Below are positions 1 through 10,864 of a stretch of 64,000 nt of DNA, in pieces; position 1 is the first letter of the stretch, and each line of letters starts with the position of its first letter. The notes below the pieces were generated by a model. The model did no database searches and had not been told where the DNA came from. It saw nothing but the letters and a program-made list of their open reading frames with translations. Source of the DNA: an uncultured Chloroflexia bacterium (GTDB taxonomy: Bacteria; Chloroflexota; Limnocylindria; Limnocylindrales; CSP1-4); contig CAVYBU010000007.1 of assembly GCA_963766735.1 (NCBI GenBank), forward strand, positions 192,001 through 256,000, written 5' to 3'. The translations under genes and the position numbers were made by a program.

Positions 1-1540
1 CGATGCTGAGGTCCTCCGGCGCCTCGACGGCGCCCTCGGTGGCGGCCCCCAGGAGGCCTCCGATCCCACCGAGATTGACGATGGTGATCGTCGCCCCGGC
101 GTATTCCTCATCGGTGACGGTGATGCCCGCCGCGGATCCGCCCAGCTGCAGGAAGCCCTTGAGCTGGTCCAGCAACTGGCTGGCCGCGGCCGCGTCGGTG
201 GGAACGACGACGAGACCACCGCTCACCTGGTCTCCATCGCGAGTGAGGGCCACGCCCGCTTCGCCCATCCAGCCTGCGACGGCGTCGAAGCCGCCGACAA
301 GTGCCAGCACCTCATCGATCTGCTTGACCGCATCCGCAAGCTGCGGGTCCGACGCGAGCTGCTGCTTGAGCTCCGAGATCGTCTTTCCCACGTCCTGGCC
401 TTCGAAGAGGACCACTGTGGTCGGCGGCACGAGGCCCGGGATCTTCGATTCCACGTTCTGCGGCGGTCCCGCCGTCTTGGAGTGCGGCGACCGGGTGTCG
501 ACGATGAAGGCGCCGTCCTGGGCGCGGATGGCTGCAACGGTCCAGGGCGGCACGGCGTCCTGGAGCATCGCGGGCAGTTCGGGAAGATCCGCCGCAGCAT
601 CACCGGCGAGGCTCATGGCTCCCCCGGCGATCGCGGCCGTGTCCAGGTACACGAAGCCCAGGCGGTCCCCGGTGACCGAGGCCGCGGCCTCCTGGAACTG
701 CGGGTCCGTGGACAGACCCGACGTGCCGCCGGTGTCGATAGCGGCCTTGACGGACGCCAGATCTCCCAGGGCCAGGACCGGACCGACGACGGCATAGGCC
801 GCCTTCATGTCCTTTGTCTCACCGCCTGAGCCTGCCGGCGGAGTCACGGTGGTGATGGTGGTTCCACCGTAGGTCTCGGTGGCCGAGGCGCCACCCTCGG
901 TCTTGACCAGGTCGTCAGCCCAGGCCGTTGCCTTGGCGCCGTCCTTGACGCTCAGGAGCACGAGGGCACGCGCGCCGGCCGGGTCCGCCGTCTGCGGCAG
1001 CGGGCCGACGCTCGCCCCAACCTGGCCGCCGAACCACGGCTCGATATCGTTCTTGTAGCCCTGCATGCCATCGGTTGCCTGCCCGACCAGCTGGTCGAGG
1101 GCCTCCGAGAGCTTGACCGGAAACGCGGCCTGGTCCTGGAAGCCCGGGAAGGCCTTCATGACCTCGGCCAGTTCGGCACTCTGGGTGCCGGGCAGATCCA
1201 GCCTCAGCTCCGCATACGCGACGCTGTCGGAAGGCGTCCAGGCGAGGACATCCGGGTCGCCCGAGTCACCGGTGAGCAGGAGCCCCGCGCCCGCCACCGT
1301 GCCGACGACCAGCAGCGTGACGAGGGCCGCGACAAGCCACTTCAGGCGGCTGCGACCGGGGCGAGCGGTGGTGGTCTGCTCGACGGCCGTGGGCGCCACC
1401 GGCTCGATCGCCGGCACCGGCGGCGGGGGCGCGGCGGGTGCCTCTCCGGCCGACGGTGCTCCGGCGCCGGCGAGGTCCGCACCGGCCGGGGTGTCCTGGG
1501 CCGGCGGCTCGTACCGCTGGGTCGGATCCTGATCGGTCAT
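1..1540 (-). CDS. Membrane-anchored DUF3352-like protein (3' end runs off the window)
   Basis: ATG at 1540 (MTDQDPTQRYEPP...), Pro/Ala-rich N-terminus, one TM segment (KWLVAALVTLLVVGTVAGAGLLL), then PSDSVAYAELRLD...DIEPWFGGQ typical of DUF3352. The frame appears open to position 1. Confidence 0.7.
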   Translation of the reverse strand, partial: MTDQDPTQRYEPPAQDTPAGADLAGAGAPSAGEAPAAPPPPVPAIEPVAPTAVEQTTTARPGRSRLKWLVAALVTLLVVGTVAGAGLLLTGDSGDPDVLAWTPSDSVAYAELRLDLPGTQSAELAEVMKAFPGFQDQAAFPVKLSEALDQLVGQATDGMQGYKNDIEPWFGGQVGASVGPLPQTADPAGARALVLLSVKDGAKATAWADDLVKTEGGASATETYGGTTITTVTPPAGSGGETKDMKAAYAVVGPVLALGDLASVKAAIDTGGTSGLSTDPQFQEAAASVTGDRLGFVYLDTAAIAGGAMSLAGDAAADLPELPAMLQDAVPPWTVAAIRAQDGAFIVDTRSPHSKTAGPPQNVESKIPGLVPPTTVVLFEGQDVGKTISELKQQLASDPQLADAVKQIDEVLALVGGFDAVAGWMGEAGVALTRDGDQVSGGLVVVPTDAAAASQLLDQLKGFLQLGGSAAGITVTDEEYAGATITIVNLGGIGGLLGAATEGAVEAPEDLSI

Positions 1541-1554
1541 CGCACAATCCCCAC

Positions 1555-2886
1555 TTAGCGGCGTCCCATCATGCCCATCGCTGCCCGGCGGCCCCCGGGC
1601 CCCGAGAGCTGCTTCATCAGTTTCTGCATCTCGCCGAACTGTTTCACGAGCCGATTGACCTCAGGTAGCGAGGTTCCGGACCCATTCGCGATCCGGCGGC
1701 GGCGCGACGCGTTGAGCACGCCGGGCTCCCGGCGCTCGCGAGGGGTCATCGACAGGATGATCGCCTCGGTGCGCTTCAGCTCCCCGCGATCCACCGCGGC
1801 CTGGGCCTCCTTGGCCATGCCGCCCATGCCCGGGATCATCGACATGATCTGGCCCATCGGCCCCATCTTCTCCATCTGGCGCATGGAGTCCAGCATGTCC
1901 TCGAGGGTGAACGACGCCTTGCGGACCTTCTCCTCGAGCTTGGCGGCCTGCTTCTCGTCGAAGGCATCCTGGGCCCGCTCCACGAGGCTGAGGATGTCGC
2001 CCATCCCCAGGATGCGGCCGGCCAGGCGGTCCGGATGGAACACTTCGAGGGCGTCTGTCTTCTCGCCGGTGCCCAGGAACTTGACCCCGATCCCGGTGAC
2101 GGCACCGATCGAGAGCGCCGCTCCGCCCCGGGCGTCGCCGTCGATCTTGGTCAGCACCAGCCCCGTCACGGGCACGGCAGCCGCGAACCCCTGGGCGACG
2201 GTCACGGCCTCCTGGCCGGTCATCGCGTCCACGACGAGGAGCGTCTCCACCGGTTTGGTGGCCGCGGCGACCGCGCGGATCTCGTCCATGAGGGCGTCGT
2301 CGATGGTGAGACGACCTGCGGTGTCGATGATCACGACATCTCGCCCAGTCCGCCTGGCGACCTCGATCCCACCCAGCGCGATGTCCACGGTTGGCGTGCC
2401 CGCAGGCGCCCGGTGGACGGGGATGCCGAGGCTCTTGCCCAGCGTTTCGAGCTGGTCTGCGGCGGCGGGCCGGTAGGGGTCCGCGGCGACCAGGAGCGGC
2501 TGGCGCCCCAGCTTGACCACGTGCTTCGCCAGCTTTGCCGCCGACGTCGTCTTGCCCGAGCCCTGGAGGCCCACGAGCGCCACCACGGCGGGATTGCCCA
2601 CGAGCTTGAAGTTGCGGTCACCGGTGGAGAGCAGTGCGGTCAGCTCGTCGTTGACGATCTTCACCACCTGCTGGCCCGCGGTCAGGCTCTCCAGGACCTC
2701 CGCACCGATGGCGCGCGCGCGCACGCGGGCGACGAAGTCCTTGACCACCTTGAAGTTGACATCAGCCTCGAGAAGGGCGAGTCGAACCTCTCGCATCGCC
2801 GCATCGACATCTGCCTCGGAGACGCGGCCGCGCCCGGTCAGGCCCGCGAGGGTTGTGCGGAGGCGGTCACTGAGGCTGTCGAACAT
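1555..2886 (-). CDS. ffh: Signal recognition particle protein Ffh
   Basis: MFDSLSDRL start, GLQGSGKTT, DTAGR, TKIDGDARGG, Met-rich M domain. Confidence 0.98.
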   Translation of the reverse strand: MFDSLSDRLRTTLAGLTGRGRVSEADVDAAMREVRLALLEADVNFKVVKDFVARVRARAIGAEVLESLTAGQQVVKIVNDELTALLSTGDRNFKLVGNPAVVALVGLQGSGKTTSAAKLAKHVVKLGRQPLLVAADPYRPAAADQLETLGKSLGIPVHRAPAGTPTVDIALGGIEVARRTGRDVVIIDTAGRLTIDDALMDEIRAVAAATKPVETLLVVDAMTGQEAVTVAQGFAAAVPVTGLVLTKIDGDARGGAALSIGAVTGIGVKFLGTGEKTDALEVFHPDRLAGRILGMGDILSLVERAQDAFDEKQAAKLEEKVRKASFTLEDMLDSMRQMEKMGPMGQIMSMIPGMGGMAKEAQAAVDRGELKRTEAIILSMTPRERREPGVLNASRRRRIANGSGTSLPEVNRLVKQFGEMQKLMKQLSGPGGRRAAMGMMGRR

Positions 2887-3040
2887 GGAACTGCGGCGAC
2901 CCTGGGTAATGGCTGAGGTCAGGCCGACGGGCAGAAGCCGGTCGGATGGTGCGCGGGTTCTGGCGACACCGAGGCGGAGCGAGTGTACGACATGGCCCCG
3001 GGGGGTGCCTGAGGACCGACGGTACGAGTACCCTCGCCCG

Positions 3041-4348
3041 GTGATCTCGGACCCGCTCCTCGACCCGGTCCCGCCGACCCACGACATCACCCCGACGCCC
3101 AGCCTGTGGCGCAACGGCACGTTCCTGCGTGTCTGGGGCGCGGCCACGATCTCCGTGTTCGGCAGCTACGTGACCCGCATCGCGCTGCCGTTCGTGGCGA
3201 TCCTGACGCTGCGGGCCGGCCCGATCGAGGTCGCGATCCTGCGCAGCCTGGAGCTGGTCGCGGCACTGATCGTCGGGCTGGTGGCCGGTGCCTGGGTTGA
3301 CCGGCTCCGGCGACGCCCTGTTCTCATCTGGGCGGACATCGGTCGCGCGGCACTCCTGGGCAGCATCCCGCTGGCAGCGATCGGGGGCTGGCTGACCCTC
3401 CCGCAGGTGTTCTTCGTGGCGGCGGCTGCCGCGATCCTCACGACCTTCTTCGACGTGGCGGACCAGGCCTACCTGCCGACGATCGTGCCGCGATCTGACC
3501 TGGTGCGCGCGAACGGTGCCCTCGCCGCGACGTTCTCCGCGGTCGAGTTCGTCGCGTTCGGCGTCGCAGGCTTCCTGGTCAACCTGCTGACCGCACCGTT
3601 GGCGATCCTCATCGACGCGATCTCGTTCGTCGTCTCGGCCGGCTTCCTGGGATCGATCCGAAGTCCCGAGCCGCCGCCGCCGCCCGCGGCAGAACGGGAA
3701 CCCGTCCTGGACGAGATCCGGGAGGGTCTTCGGCTCGTCCGCCACGACCCGATCCTCCGCGGGCTCGTCGGAGGAACCATGGGCCTGGCCGCGATGTGGG
3801 GCATCTTCGGGGCTGTCTGGCTGCTGTTCGTGGTCGATGAGCTTGGGCTGGACCCGGCATTGATCGGGGTGATCGCGGCGCTGGGCGGGTTCGGATCGCT
3901 CCTGGGGGCACTCCTGGCGTCGCGCGCGGCCGCCCGATTCGGGATCGGCAACGTCATCATCGCCTCGACGCTGTTCGCGGCCTTCGGCAACCTCCTGATC
4001 CCGCTCGCGCCTGCCGGGCTGCCCCTCGTGGCAATCGCATGCCTGCTGGGGCAGCAGCTGATCGGCGACACGGCGGTCACCGCGTTCGACGTGACCGAGA
4101 TATCGGTCCGCCAATCTCGCGTGGGCGACCGGCAGCTGGGGCGGGTGAACGCGACCGTACGGGTCGCGATGGTGCTGGCCCAGCTCGCTGCAACGCTTCT
4201 CGGGGGCCTGCTGGCGGAGCTGATCGGGTTGCGCGCCGCCGCGTTCCTGGCGCCAATCGGAGCCCTCCTCGGCGCGTGGGCGCTGTACGCGTCGCCGGTG
4301 CGACACCTCCGCCAGATCGAGGCGCCGCGCGCCGGGGTCCAGCCCTAG
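3041..4348 (+). CDS. MFS transporter (DHA3/macrolide-efflux-like)
   Basis: About 12 hydrophobic segments, motif A-like GAWVDRLRRR, LVRANG and LGRVNA motifs. GTG start chosen 6 nt after TACCCT. Confidence 0.9.
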   Translation: MISDPLLDPVPPTHDITPTPSLWRNGTFLRVWGAATISVFGSYVTRIALPFVAILTLRAGPIEVAILRSLELVAALIVGLVAGAWVDRLRRRPVLIWADIGRAALLGSIPLAAIGGWLTLPQVFFVAAAAAILTTFFDVADQAYLPTIVPRSDLVRANGALAATFSAVEFVAFGVAGFLVNLLTAPLAILIDAISFVVSAGFLGSIRSPEPPPPPAAEREPVLDEIREGLRLVRHDPILRGLVGGTMGLAAMWGIFGAVWLLFVVDELGLDPALIGVIAALGGFGSLLGALLASRAAARFGIGNVIIASTLFAAFGNLLIPLAPAGLPLVAIACLLGQQLIGDTAVTAFDVTEISVRQSRVGDRQLGRVNATVRVAMVLAQLAATLLGGLLAELIGLRAAAFLAPIGALLGAWALYASPVRHLRQIEAPRAGVQP

Positions 4349-5520
4349 TCGAAGAGGGCCGCCACGAAGGCCTCGGGGTCGAACGGGAGCAGGTCCTCCG
4401 CCTTCTCCCCCACCCCGACGAACCTGACCGGGACGCCCATCTCCCTCTCGATGGCAAACACGATGCCGCCCTTCGCGGTGGAGTCCAGCTTGGTCAGGAC
4501 CACGCCGGTGAGACCCACGGACTCGTGGAACGCCTTGGCCTGGGCAAGGCCGTTCTGGCCGGTCGTCGCGTCGAGGACGAAGAAGGTCTCCACCTGCGCC
4601 CCGGGCAGGCGCCTGTCGATGACGCGCCGGATCTTGGCCAGCTCCTCCATGAGGTTGGACTTGGTGTGGAGGCGACCTGCCGTGTCGGCGATGACGATGT
4701 CGGCGTGCCGGGCAACTGCTGCGTCAAGGGCATCGAACACGACCGCCGCCGGGTCGGCGTTGGGGGCATGGGCGACGATCTCCGAGTCGGTGCGCTGGGC
4801 CCAGATCCGGAGCTGGTCGATGGCCGCGGCGCGGAACGTGTCGGCCGCGGCCAGCACGACGCGGCGGCCGTTTGCGCGCTCGCGCGCCGCGAGCTTGCCG
4901 ATGGTCGTGGTCTTGCCGGTCCCGTTGACGCCGACGACGAGCACGACGGCCGGAGCTCCATCGAGCGCGGGGACAGGCTCCCAGTGGGCAGCATCGCGAG
5001 GGGCGAGCAGGGCCGCCAGCTCCGCTCGGACGGCCTCCTCGGCCGTGACGTCCCGGCGAGTGCGAGCTCGCTCGACGATCTCCATCGACAGCGCGGCCCC
5101 CACGTCGCCCGTGATGAGCGTCTCCTCGATCTCGTCCCAGTCGGCGCCGCCGCCCACGCCGAAGGCCGTCCGGAGGCGGGCTCCGAAACCGACGCGGGAC
5201 TTCTCCAGGCCCTGCTCCAGCTGCTCACGCTCGCGCTCGAGGCGGGCGGCGTCGGCCTTCTCCGCGCTCCAGTCCGCGCCCCAGGCCCACACCGGTTCCG
5301 GAGCGGGTTCGAGGGCGGTCGGTTCCAGAGCGGGTTCGGGGGCGGGAGCGGGTTCGGAGGCGGCCGTTGGCTCGCGTGCCGGATCAGGTTCGGGACCGAA
5401 CGGCTCGACGGCGTCCTCGGCCGGCTCCTCGACGGCGTCCTCGGCCGGCTCCTCGGCCGGCTCCTGATCCTCCTGCTGGTCGGGCTGCAGCTCGTCCGAG
5501 CCGCGACGGAAGAAGCGCAC
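4345..5520 (-). CDS. ftsY: SRP receptor FtsY
   Basis: Acidic Pro/Glu-rich N-terminus, GVNGTGKTTT, DTFRAAA, DTAGRLH, TKLDSTAKGG. Confidence 0.98.
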   Translation of the reverse strand: MRFFRRGSDELQPDQQEDQEPAEEPAEDAVEEPAEDAVEPFGPEPDPAREPTAASEPAPAPEPALEPTALEPAPEPVWAWGADWSAEKADAARLEREREQLEQGLEKSRVGFGARLRTAFGVGGGADWDEIEETLITGDVGAALSMEIVERARTRRDVTAEEAVRAELAALLAPRDAAHWEPVPALDGAPAVVLVVGVNGTGKTTTIGKLAARERANGRRVVLAAADTFRAAAIDQLRIWAQRTDSEIVAHAPNADPAAVVFDALDAAVARHADIVIADTAGRLHTKSNLMEELAKIRRVIDRRLPGAQVETFFVLDATTGQNGLAQAKAFHESVGLTGVVLTKLDSTAKGGIVFAIEREMGVPVRFVGVGEKAEDLLPFDPEAFVAALFD

Positions 5521-5531
5521 GGGTCCTCCGG

Positions 5532-8500
5532 TCAGCCGTCCGAGCCGCCGGCCAGGACGGCACGGGCCTCGGTGCGACGATGGTCGGCGATCGCCTGGGC
5601 CTGGTCGAGCCGGAGGCTGATCACGCGGCTTACCGAGTCGTCACCGACGGTGACGCCGTAGAGAGCGTCGGCGGCCTCGATGGTCCCGCGGTTGTGGGTG
5701 ATGACGATGAACTGGGTCTTCTCGGCGAGGTCACGCAGGGCCTCGGTGAACCGGCCGACGTTCGCCTCGTCCAGCGCGGCGTCCACCTCGTCCAGCACGC
5801 AGAAGGGCGCCGGCCGGACCTCGAGCATGGCGAACAGCAGCGCGACCGCGGTGAGCGCCCTCTCGCCGCCCGACAGCATCGACAGGGCCTGGGGCTTCTT
5901 GCCGGGTGGCCGGGCGGTGATCTCGACACCGGTCGTGGACAGGTCAGACGGGTCGGTCAGGGAGAGCTTGGCGAAGCCACCCCCGAACAGCTGGCGGAAG
6001 CGCGTGTCGAAGGCGACCTCGAGCGCGGCAAAGGTCGTACGGAACTGGGTGGCGATGAGCACATCCAGGTCCGCGATCAGCGTGCGCGTCTTGGCGATCG
6101 CGTCACGCAGGTCACGGTCCTGGGTGTCGAGCGCCTGGAGCCGGTCCCGCACCGATCGGAATTCGTCCACGGCGAACGGGTTGGCCGCACCCAGCTCGTG
6201 GAAGCGGCGGCGCAGCGCGGCCAGGCGACCCGGGGATGGCGGCTCGCCTCCGGATCCCTCCGCCGACCAGCGCGGGGCGAGGATCTCGAGCGCCGCCTCG
6301 AGGGCCGCCGTCTCCGCGCCCGGTGCGCCCGCCACCAGGTCCTGGTCGCCGGCACCGTCGTCGACCTCGGCCGCCTCCGCGGCGGCCCCTTCCCGGGCAG
6401 CGATACGCTGGAAGTCCTCCGGGTCCACGCCGGCTGCATCGGCCAGGTGCCGAAGCCCGACCTCTCCCAGGCCCGCCAGCTCCACGAGCAGCTGCTCACG
6501 CAGCGATTCCAGGCCCAGCCTCGCCTCAAGGGCAGCCACGTCGGACGCGCGCGCTCGATCGTCGGCCGTGCGCAGCCGTTCCCGGGCAGCGATGGCCGCG
6601 CGCTCGGCCTCGGCCAGACTTGCCCGCTCGGATCGGTCGTCGGCAAGGAGAGCCTCGAGCGCCTCCCGCGCCCGCGCCTCGCGGGACATCGCCGCGGCCA
6701 GCTCCCCGGTCACCACATCGCGCTCGTCGCCGGCAGTCCGCTCCCGGTCCGCGAGGGCCGCCAGGTCCCGCTCGGTGGCGGCAATCCGCCCTTCGGCGAG
6801 CGTCAGCGAGGCCTCCGCGCGCGCCCGGCGCCCCTCGGCATCGCGCCGCGACCTCTCGTGCGACGCCACGTCGGCCGCCAGGCGGTCACGGCGCGTGCGG
6901 AGCTCGGCAACCCGGCCATCCCACGCCGCGAGCGCCTCCGCCTCCCCACCGCCCGTCGCACTGCCGTCGGCGGCTGCCACCCGTGGCCGCGTCTCCAGGA
7001 CACGGAGGGCCGCGGTCGCCCGCTCAGCCTCGCCCTCAAGGCGCTCGGCCTGCGAGGCGTGCCACGCGGCCTCGCGCGCCGCCGCCTCCACATCCCGCCC
7101 GACCGCCCGTTCGACATCCTCTGCTCGCCGCCGGAGAGCGACGGCCGAGGATTCCGCAACACGAGCCGCCTCCAGCGTCGCCCGCGCCGCGGTCGCCGTG
7201 GTCGCGGCGGTCCGCGTCTCCCGCTCCGCCATGTCGGCCTCGGCCTGGAGCGCCTCGACGTCCCTCTCCAGCCGGTCCGCCTCGGCCCGTCGCTCCAGGG
7301 GCGAATCCCCACGCCCCACCCGAACCGTCAGCGCGTCAACGACTGCCGATCCGTCTCGCGTGACCGCCGACCAGCCCAGCGGCAGCACGGCCTGCAGCTC
7401 AAGCGCCGCCGCGAGGTCCGGCGCCCACACGGTCTTCCCGAGAAGCGCCCGAACGGCTCCGTTCGGGTCACGCCTGATCGCATCGACCAGGCGCCCGCCG
7501 CCGGCGCTCGCCAGCGCGTCCTCGAGTCGACGCAGCTCTCCTGGAGTGCCGCCGCCGGGAATCCTGTCCGCCCCCGCCAGACGTTCCCCGATGATGACGT
7601 GGCCGCGCTCCCCGCCGAGCGCCACGGCGCCGGCGCGCTCCACGACGTAGGCGCGGGCCAGCTCGCCCAGGGCCGCCTCGACCGCGGGGCGCAGGCCCGG
7701 GTCCACACCCAGGTCCTGATCCACGCGGCGCCCGCCTACCTTGCGCGCTGCGCGCGCGATCCCGCGCTCCTCCTCCTCGGCCAGGCGACGGTGCAGCTGC
7801 TCGAGACGGCCGCGGGCCCCGGCCAGCATCGCGCCGGCACGGGCGGTCCGCTCCGCCACGGCACGGCGCGTGCCTTCGGCGGCGTCGGTGCGCTCCCTGG
7901 CCGCCTCGCGGGCTGCCACCTCCGCGGTCTCAGTGGCGGTGGCAGCGGCCAGGGCGGCCCGGGCGTCCAACAGGTCGGTCTCCAGGCGAACCCGGCGGCC
8001 GTCGGACTCCACGGCCTTCGCTCGCTCGTCGGCGGCGCGGCGGGCGGCCTCGGCGCTGCGGCGCCTCGCTGTCTCGGCCTCGGTCGCCCGGGCTCCCTCG
8101 GCGCGGCGGAGCGCCGCGAGCTCGTCACCTCGGGCCCGGCTGGCAGCCCGCAGGGACCCCAGCTCGGCCAGGGCCTCCGAGAGGGACCTGTCCGCCTCGC
8201 CCAGCGCGGACTCCAGCTCCAGGTCCAGCTCGGGCACCGGCTCGGCCAGGATCCGCCGCTGCGCGGCCAGGTCCGCCTCCGAAGCGGTTCGCTCGTCGGC
8301 GATCCGGCGCCGGTCCCGAGCTGCGGCTTCGATCTCGCCGGCCGCGCGAGCCTGGCGCAGGCCCAGCGCGGTCACCTCGCCGCGAGCGGTCTCGTGGGTT
8401 GCCCGGTGCTCGCGCTCGAGCTCGGCGCGCGCGGTCATCGACGCCGCGATCTCGCCGACCGCCGACTCCGCGATCTCCAGCGCCTCCAGGGCCCGGCCCG

Positions 8501-9272
8501 TTTCGACCCGCAGCGCCTCCCGTCGCGCCTCCGCCCCGGCCGCACGCCCCGACGCCTCGTGCCAGCGAGCGTGCGCCGCCGCGATGAGCGCGGCGGCCAG
8601 CTCCTCGCCGGCCGTGAGCCTGGTCGCCTGCTGCTCGGCCAGCTGACCGAGGCGTCGCGCCTGCGGCCGCAGCTCGGCCAGGACGTCCTCGACGCGGGCG
8701 AGGTTGGACTCGGCCTCCGCCAGCTGGGTCTCGGCCTTCCGCCTGCGCCGCTCGTGACGTCGGACGCCCGCGACCTCCTCGAACAGCGGCCGTCGCTCCT
8801 CGGGGCGGAGCGCAAGGGCCTGGTCGACCATGCCCTGCCCGATGAACAGGAAGGCGTTCTCCGCGAGGCTGGCCGAATCCAGCAGGTCCTGCAGGTCCCG
8901 GAGCCTCACCCGCTGCTTGTTGAGCAGGTAGTCATTCTCGCCGGATCGGTAGAGGCGCCGCCCAAGCTCCACGATCGCGAACTCGACCGGAAGCAGCCCG
9001 TCCCCGTTGTCCATGACGAGCGTGACGTCGGCCATGCCCTGAGCGCCGCGCCTGTCGGAACCTGCCCAGATCACATCCTCGCTGCGCCGGATGCGCAGCG
9101 ACCGCCCTTGCTCGCCCATCGCCCAGCGCAGCGCGTCCGCCAGGTTGGACTTGCCGGAGCCATTGGGGCCGACGATCGCGCTGATCCCGGGTCCGAACTC
9201 GACCAGCGTTCGCTCGGCAAAGGACTTGAACCCGTGGACGCGGAGACCCAGCAGGCGGGCCGGTGCGGTCAC
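5532..9272 (-). CDS. smc: Chromosome segregation protein SMC
   Basis: GFKSF, Walker A GPNGSGKSN, long coiled coils with hinge, LSGGE signature, CVLDEVDAALD, ITHN. Confidence 0.96.
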   Translation of the reverse strand: MTAPARLLGLRVHGFKSFAERTLVEFGPGISAIVGPNGSGKSNLADALRWAMGEQGRSLRIRRSEDVIWAGSDRRGAQGMADVTLVMDNGDGLLPVEFAIVELGRRLYRSGENDYLLNKQRVRLRDLQDLLDSASLAENAFLFIGQGMVDQALALRPEERRPLFEEVAGVRRHERRRRKAETQLAEAESNLARVEDVLAELRPQARRLGQLAEQQATRLTAGEELAAALIAAAHARWHEASGRAAGAEARREALRVETGRALEALEIAESAVGEIAASMTARAELEREHRATHETARGEVTALGLRQARAAGEIEAAARDRRRIADERTASEADLAAQRRILAEPVPELDLELESALGEADRSLSEALAELGSLRAASRARGDELAALRRAEGARATEAETARRRSAEAARRAADERAKAVESDGRRVRLETDLLDARAALAAATATETAEVAAREAARERTDAAEGTRRAVAERTARAGAMLAGARGRLEQLHRRLAEEEERGIARAARKVGGRRVDQDLGVDPGLRPAVEAALGELARAYVVERAGAVALGGERGHVIIGERLAGADRIPGGGTPGELRRLEDALASAGGGRLVDAIRRDPNGAVRALLGKTVWAPDLAAALELQAVLPLGWSAVTRDGSAVVDALTVRVGRGDSPLERRAEADRLERDVEALQAEADMAERETRTAATTATAARATLEAARVAESSAVALRRRAEDVERAVGRDVEAAAREAAWHASQAERLEGEAERATAALRVLETRPRVAAADGSATGGGEAEALAAWDGRVAELRTRRDRLAADVASHERSRRDAEGRRARAEASLTLAEGRIAATERDLAALADRERTAGDERDVVTGELAAAMSREARAREALEALLADDRSERASLAEAERAAIAARERLRTADDRARASDVAALEARLGLESLREQLLVELAGLGEVGLRHLADAAGVDPEDFQRIAAREGAAAEAAEVDDGAGDQDLVAGAPGAETAALEAALEILAPRWSAEGSGGEPPSPGRLAALRRRFHELGAANPFAVDEFRSVRDRLQALDTQDRDLRDAIAKTRTLIADLDVLIATQFRTTFAALEVAFDTRFRQLFGGGFAKLSLTDPSDLSTTGVEITARPPGKKPQALSMLSGGERALTAVALLFAMLEVRPAPFCVLDEVDAALDEANVGRFTEALRDLAEKTQFIVITHNRGTIEAADALYGVTVGDDSVSRVISLRLDQAQAIADHRRTEARAVLAGGSDG

Positions 9273-10117
9273 GAGGCGCCGCCGGCGGGAGCCGGGGGCT
9301 CGGCGCTGCCGTCGTCCGTGACGAGCACGACGTCGCCGGACGAGGACGGTGCGTCACCCGTGTCGGGGGAAGGCTGTGGGGGCGGCTCGGGCACGGTCGA
9401 TCTGGACGCACGGGCCGCGAGCCGCTCGCGCCGGATCGTCTCCATGGCCTCAGCGGCGGCGGTGGTCTCGGCGACGCGTCGCGAGGGACCCTCGCCCACG
9501 CCCAGCGTCCGGCCGTCCACGACAACCTCGATACGGAACTGCTTCTGGTGGTCGGGCCCCACGGCCTCCAGCAGCCGATAGCTCGGACGCTCCCCGGTCG
9601 TGCGCTGGGTGTGCTCCTGGAGGCGGCTCTTCGGTGACTTGAGCGTCGTCAGCGCCTCGTCCGCGGAGAGCTCCTCGGCCGCGAGGGCGAGGATCCAGTC
9701 GCGGACGATCTCCCAGCCCAGGTCAACGTAGATGGCGCCCACGAGCGCCTCGAAGGCAGCGGCGAGCAGAGACGACCTGACACGGCCACCGCGCTGGGCT
9801 TCGCCCTCCCCGAGGAGCAGGAACGTCCCCAGGTCGATACGGATTGCCAGCCGGGAGAGGCCGGCCGCACTGACGATCGCCGCGCGGCGCGCAGACAGAA
9901 CGCCCTCATCGTCGGTGGGGTGACGCCGGTACAGGTCCTCGGAAACGGCGAGGCTGACTACGGCGTCCCCGAGGAACTCGAGCCGCTCGTTATGGCCCCG
10001 CGCCGCATCAGGGTGCTCGTGCAGCCAACTGCTGTGGACGAGCGCCTGCGCGAACTCCTCGCGGTCCCGGATCGGAAGGCCGAGGCTCTCCGCCAGGGCG
10101 TCGGCCGGGTGCATCAC
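9269..10117 (-). CDS. rnc: Ribonuclease III
   Basis: NERLEFLGD signature, FEALVGAIY, dsRBD (PKSRLQE...GPDHQK). Confidence 0.97.
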   Translation of the reverse strand: MMHPADALAESLGLPIRDREEFAQALVHSSWLHEHPDAARGHNERLEFLGDAVVSLAVSEDLYRRHPTDDEGVLSARRAAIVSAAGLSRLAIRIDLGTFLLLGEGEAQRGGRVRSSLLAAAFEALVGAIYVDLGWEIVRDWILALAAEELSADEALTTLKSPKSRLQEHTQRTTGERPSYRLLEAVGPDHQKQFRIEVVVDGRTLGVGEGPSRRVAETTAAAEAMETIRRERLAARASRSTVPEPPPQPSPDTGDAPSSSGDVVLVTDDGSAEPPAPAGGAS

Positions 10118-10133
10118 GCCCCGGTCGACAGGG

Positions 10134-10370
10134 CTAGGACGAGTGCTCGTCGATGTAGTCGGCTGCGTCCTGCACGGTCCGAATCTTCTCGGCGTCCTCG
10201 TCCGAGATCTCCGTCCCGAACTCCTCCTCGAGGCTCATGATCAGCTCGACGAGGTCGAGAGAGTCGGCGTTGAGGTCGTCGACGAACGACGCCTCAGGCG
10301 TGACCTCGGACTCGTCCACCCCCAGCTGCTCGATGACGATCTTCTGCAGCCGCTCGTAGGTGCTCGCCAC
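10134..10370 (-). CDS. acpP: Acyl carrier protein
   Basis: [15 protein letters not shown] phosphopantetheine site; GTG start after AGGAGG. Confidence 0.97.
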   Translation of the reverse strand: MASTYERLQKIVIEQLGVDESEVTPEASFVDDLNADSLDLVELIMSLEEEFGTEISDEDAEKIRTVQDAADYIDEHSS

Positions 10371-10399
10371 TGACTCCCTCCTGATCCCGGGGTGTCCCG

Positions 10400-10864
10400 C
10401 TATCGGGATGCGTCTTGTTCCCGAGCGACACGCCCGAGAACGCCGTTCATGAGCCGCCGCATCGGTTCGCCCGAGTAGGTGCGAGCAAGCTCCACCCACT
10501 CGGCAATCGCCACCCGGGCCGGCGTCGCCGGGGAGTGTAACACCTCGCACAGGCCGCAACGCAGCAGCGCGCGGTCCATCCGCGCGAGCTGGACGACCGG
10601 GTACTGGGGCGCGGCTTGGGTGATCTGCGCGTCCAGCGTGTCCCGGTGCTCGACCACGTTGCCGACGATCTCCCTCGCCAGCGCAGACGCTTCGGCATCC
10701 TGTTCCAAAGCGAGGTGGCGCTCCACCACGGCGTCTGCGGTGCGCTGCCCGAACTCGGCCTCGAAGACGGCGGCCAGGGCAAGGCGCCGACCGGCCCTGC
10801 GACCCCGGATGCGATCCTCGCTCAGGCGGTCTCGCCCGGACCGCGGTGCGTCAGGCGCCGACAC
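10400..10864 (-). CDS. nusB: Transcription antitermination factor NusB
   Basis: Arg-rich [35 protein letters not shown]. Confidence 0.92.
   Translation of the reverse strand: MSAPDAPRSGRDRLSEDRIRGRRAGRRLALAAVFEAEFGQRTADAVVERHLALEQDAEASALAREIVGNVVEHRDTLDAQITQAAPQYPVVQLARMDRALLRCGLCEVLHSPATPARVAIAEWVELARTYSGEPMRRLMNGVLGRVAREQDASR
10534..10542 (-). promoter_or_regulatory. Extended -10 (TGTTACACT) inside nusB, likely the acpP promoter
   Basis: Matches TGnTAnnnT; coincides with a rare TTA codon. Confidence 0.55.

Noticed and set aside
2887-3040. SRP RNA (ffs) or an Ffh-binding leader near ffh
   Set aside because: No helix-8 consensus (CAGG...GGAA...AGCAG) seen; only a generic hairpin and divergent -10 elements.
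5367-9581. 1404-aa plus-strand ORF and many other long overlapping ORFs (e.g. 29470..31860, 57772..60075, 15262..17271)
   Set aside because: Antisense or off-frame shadows of clear genes (smc, ileS, recJ, recG). Stop codons are scarce at high GC, and the translations show no recognisable motifs.
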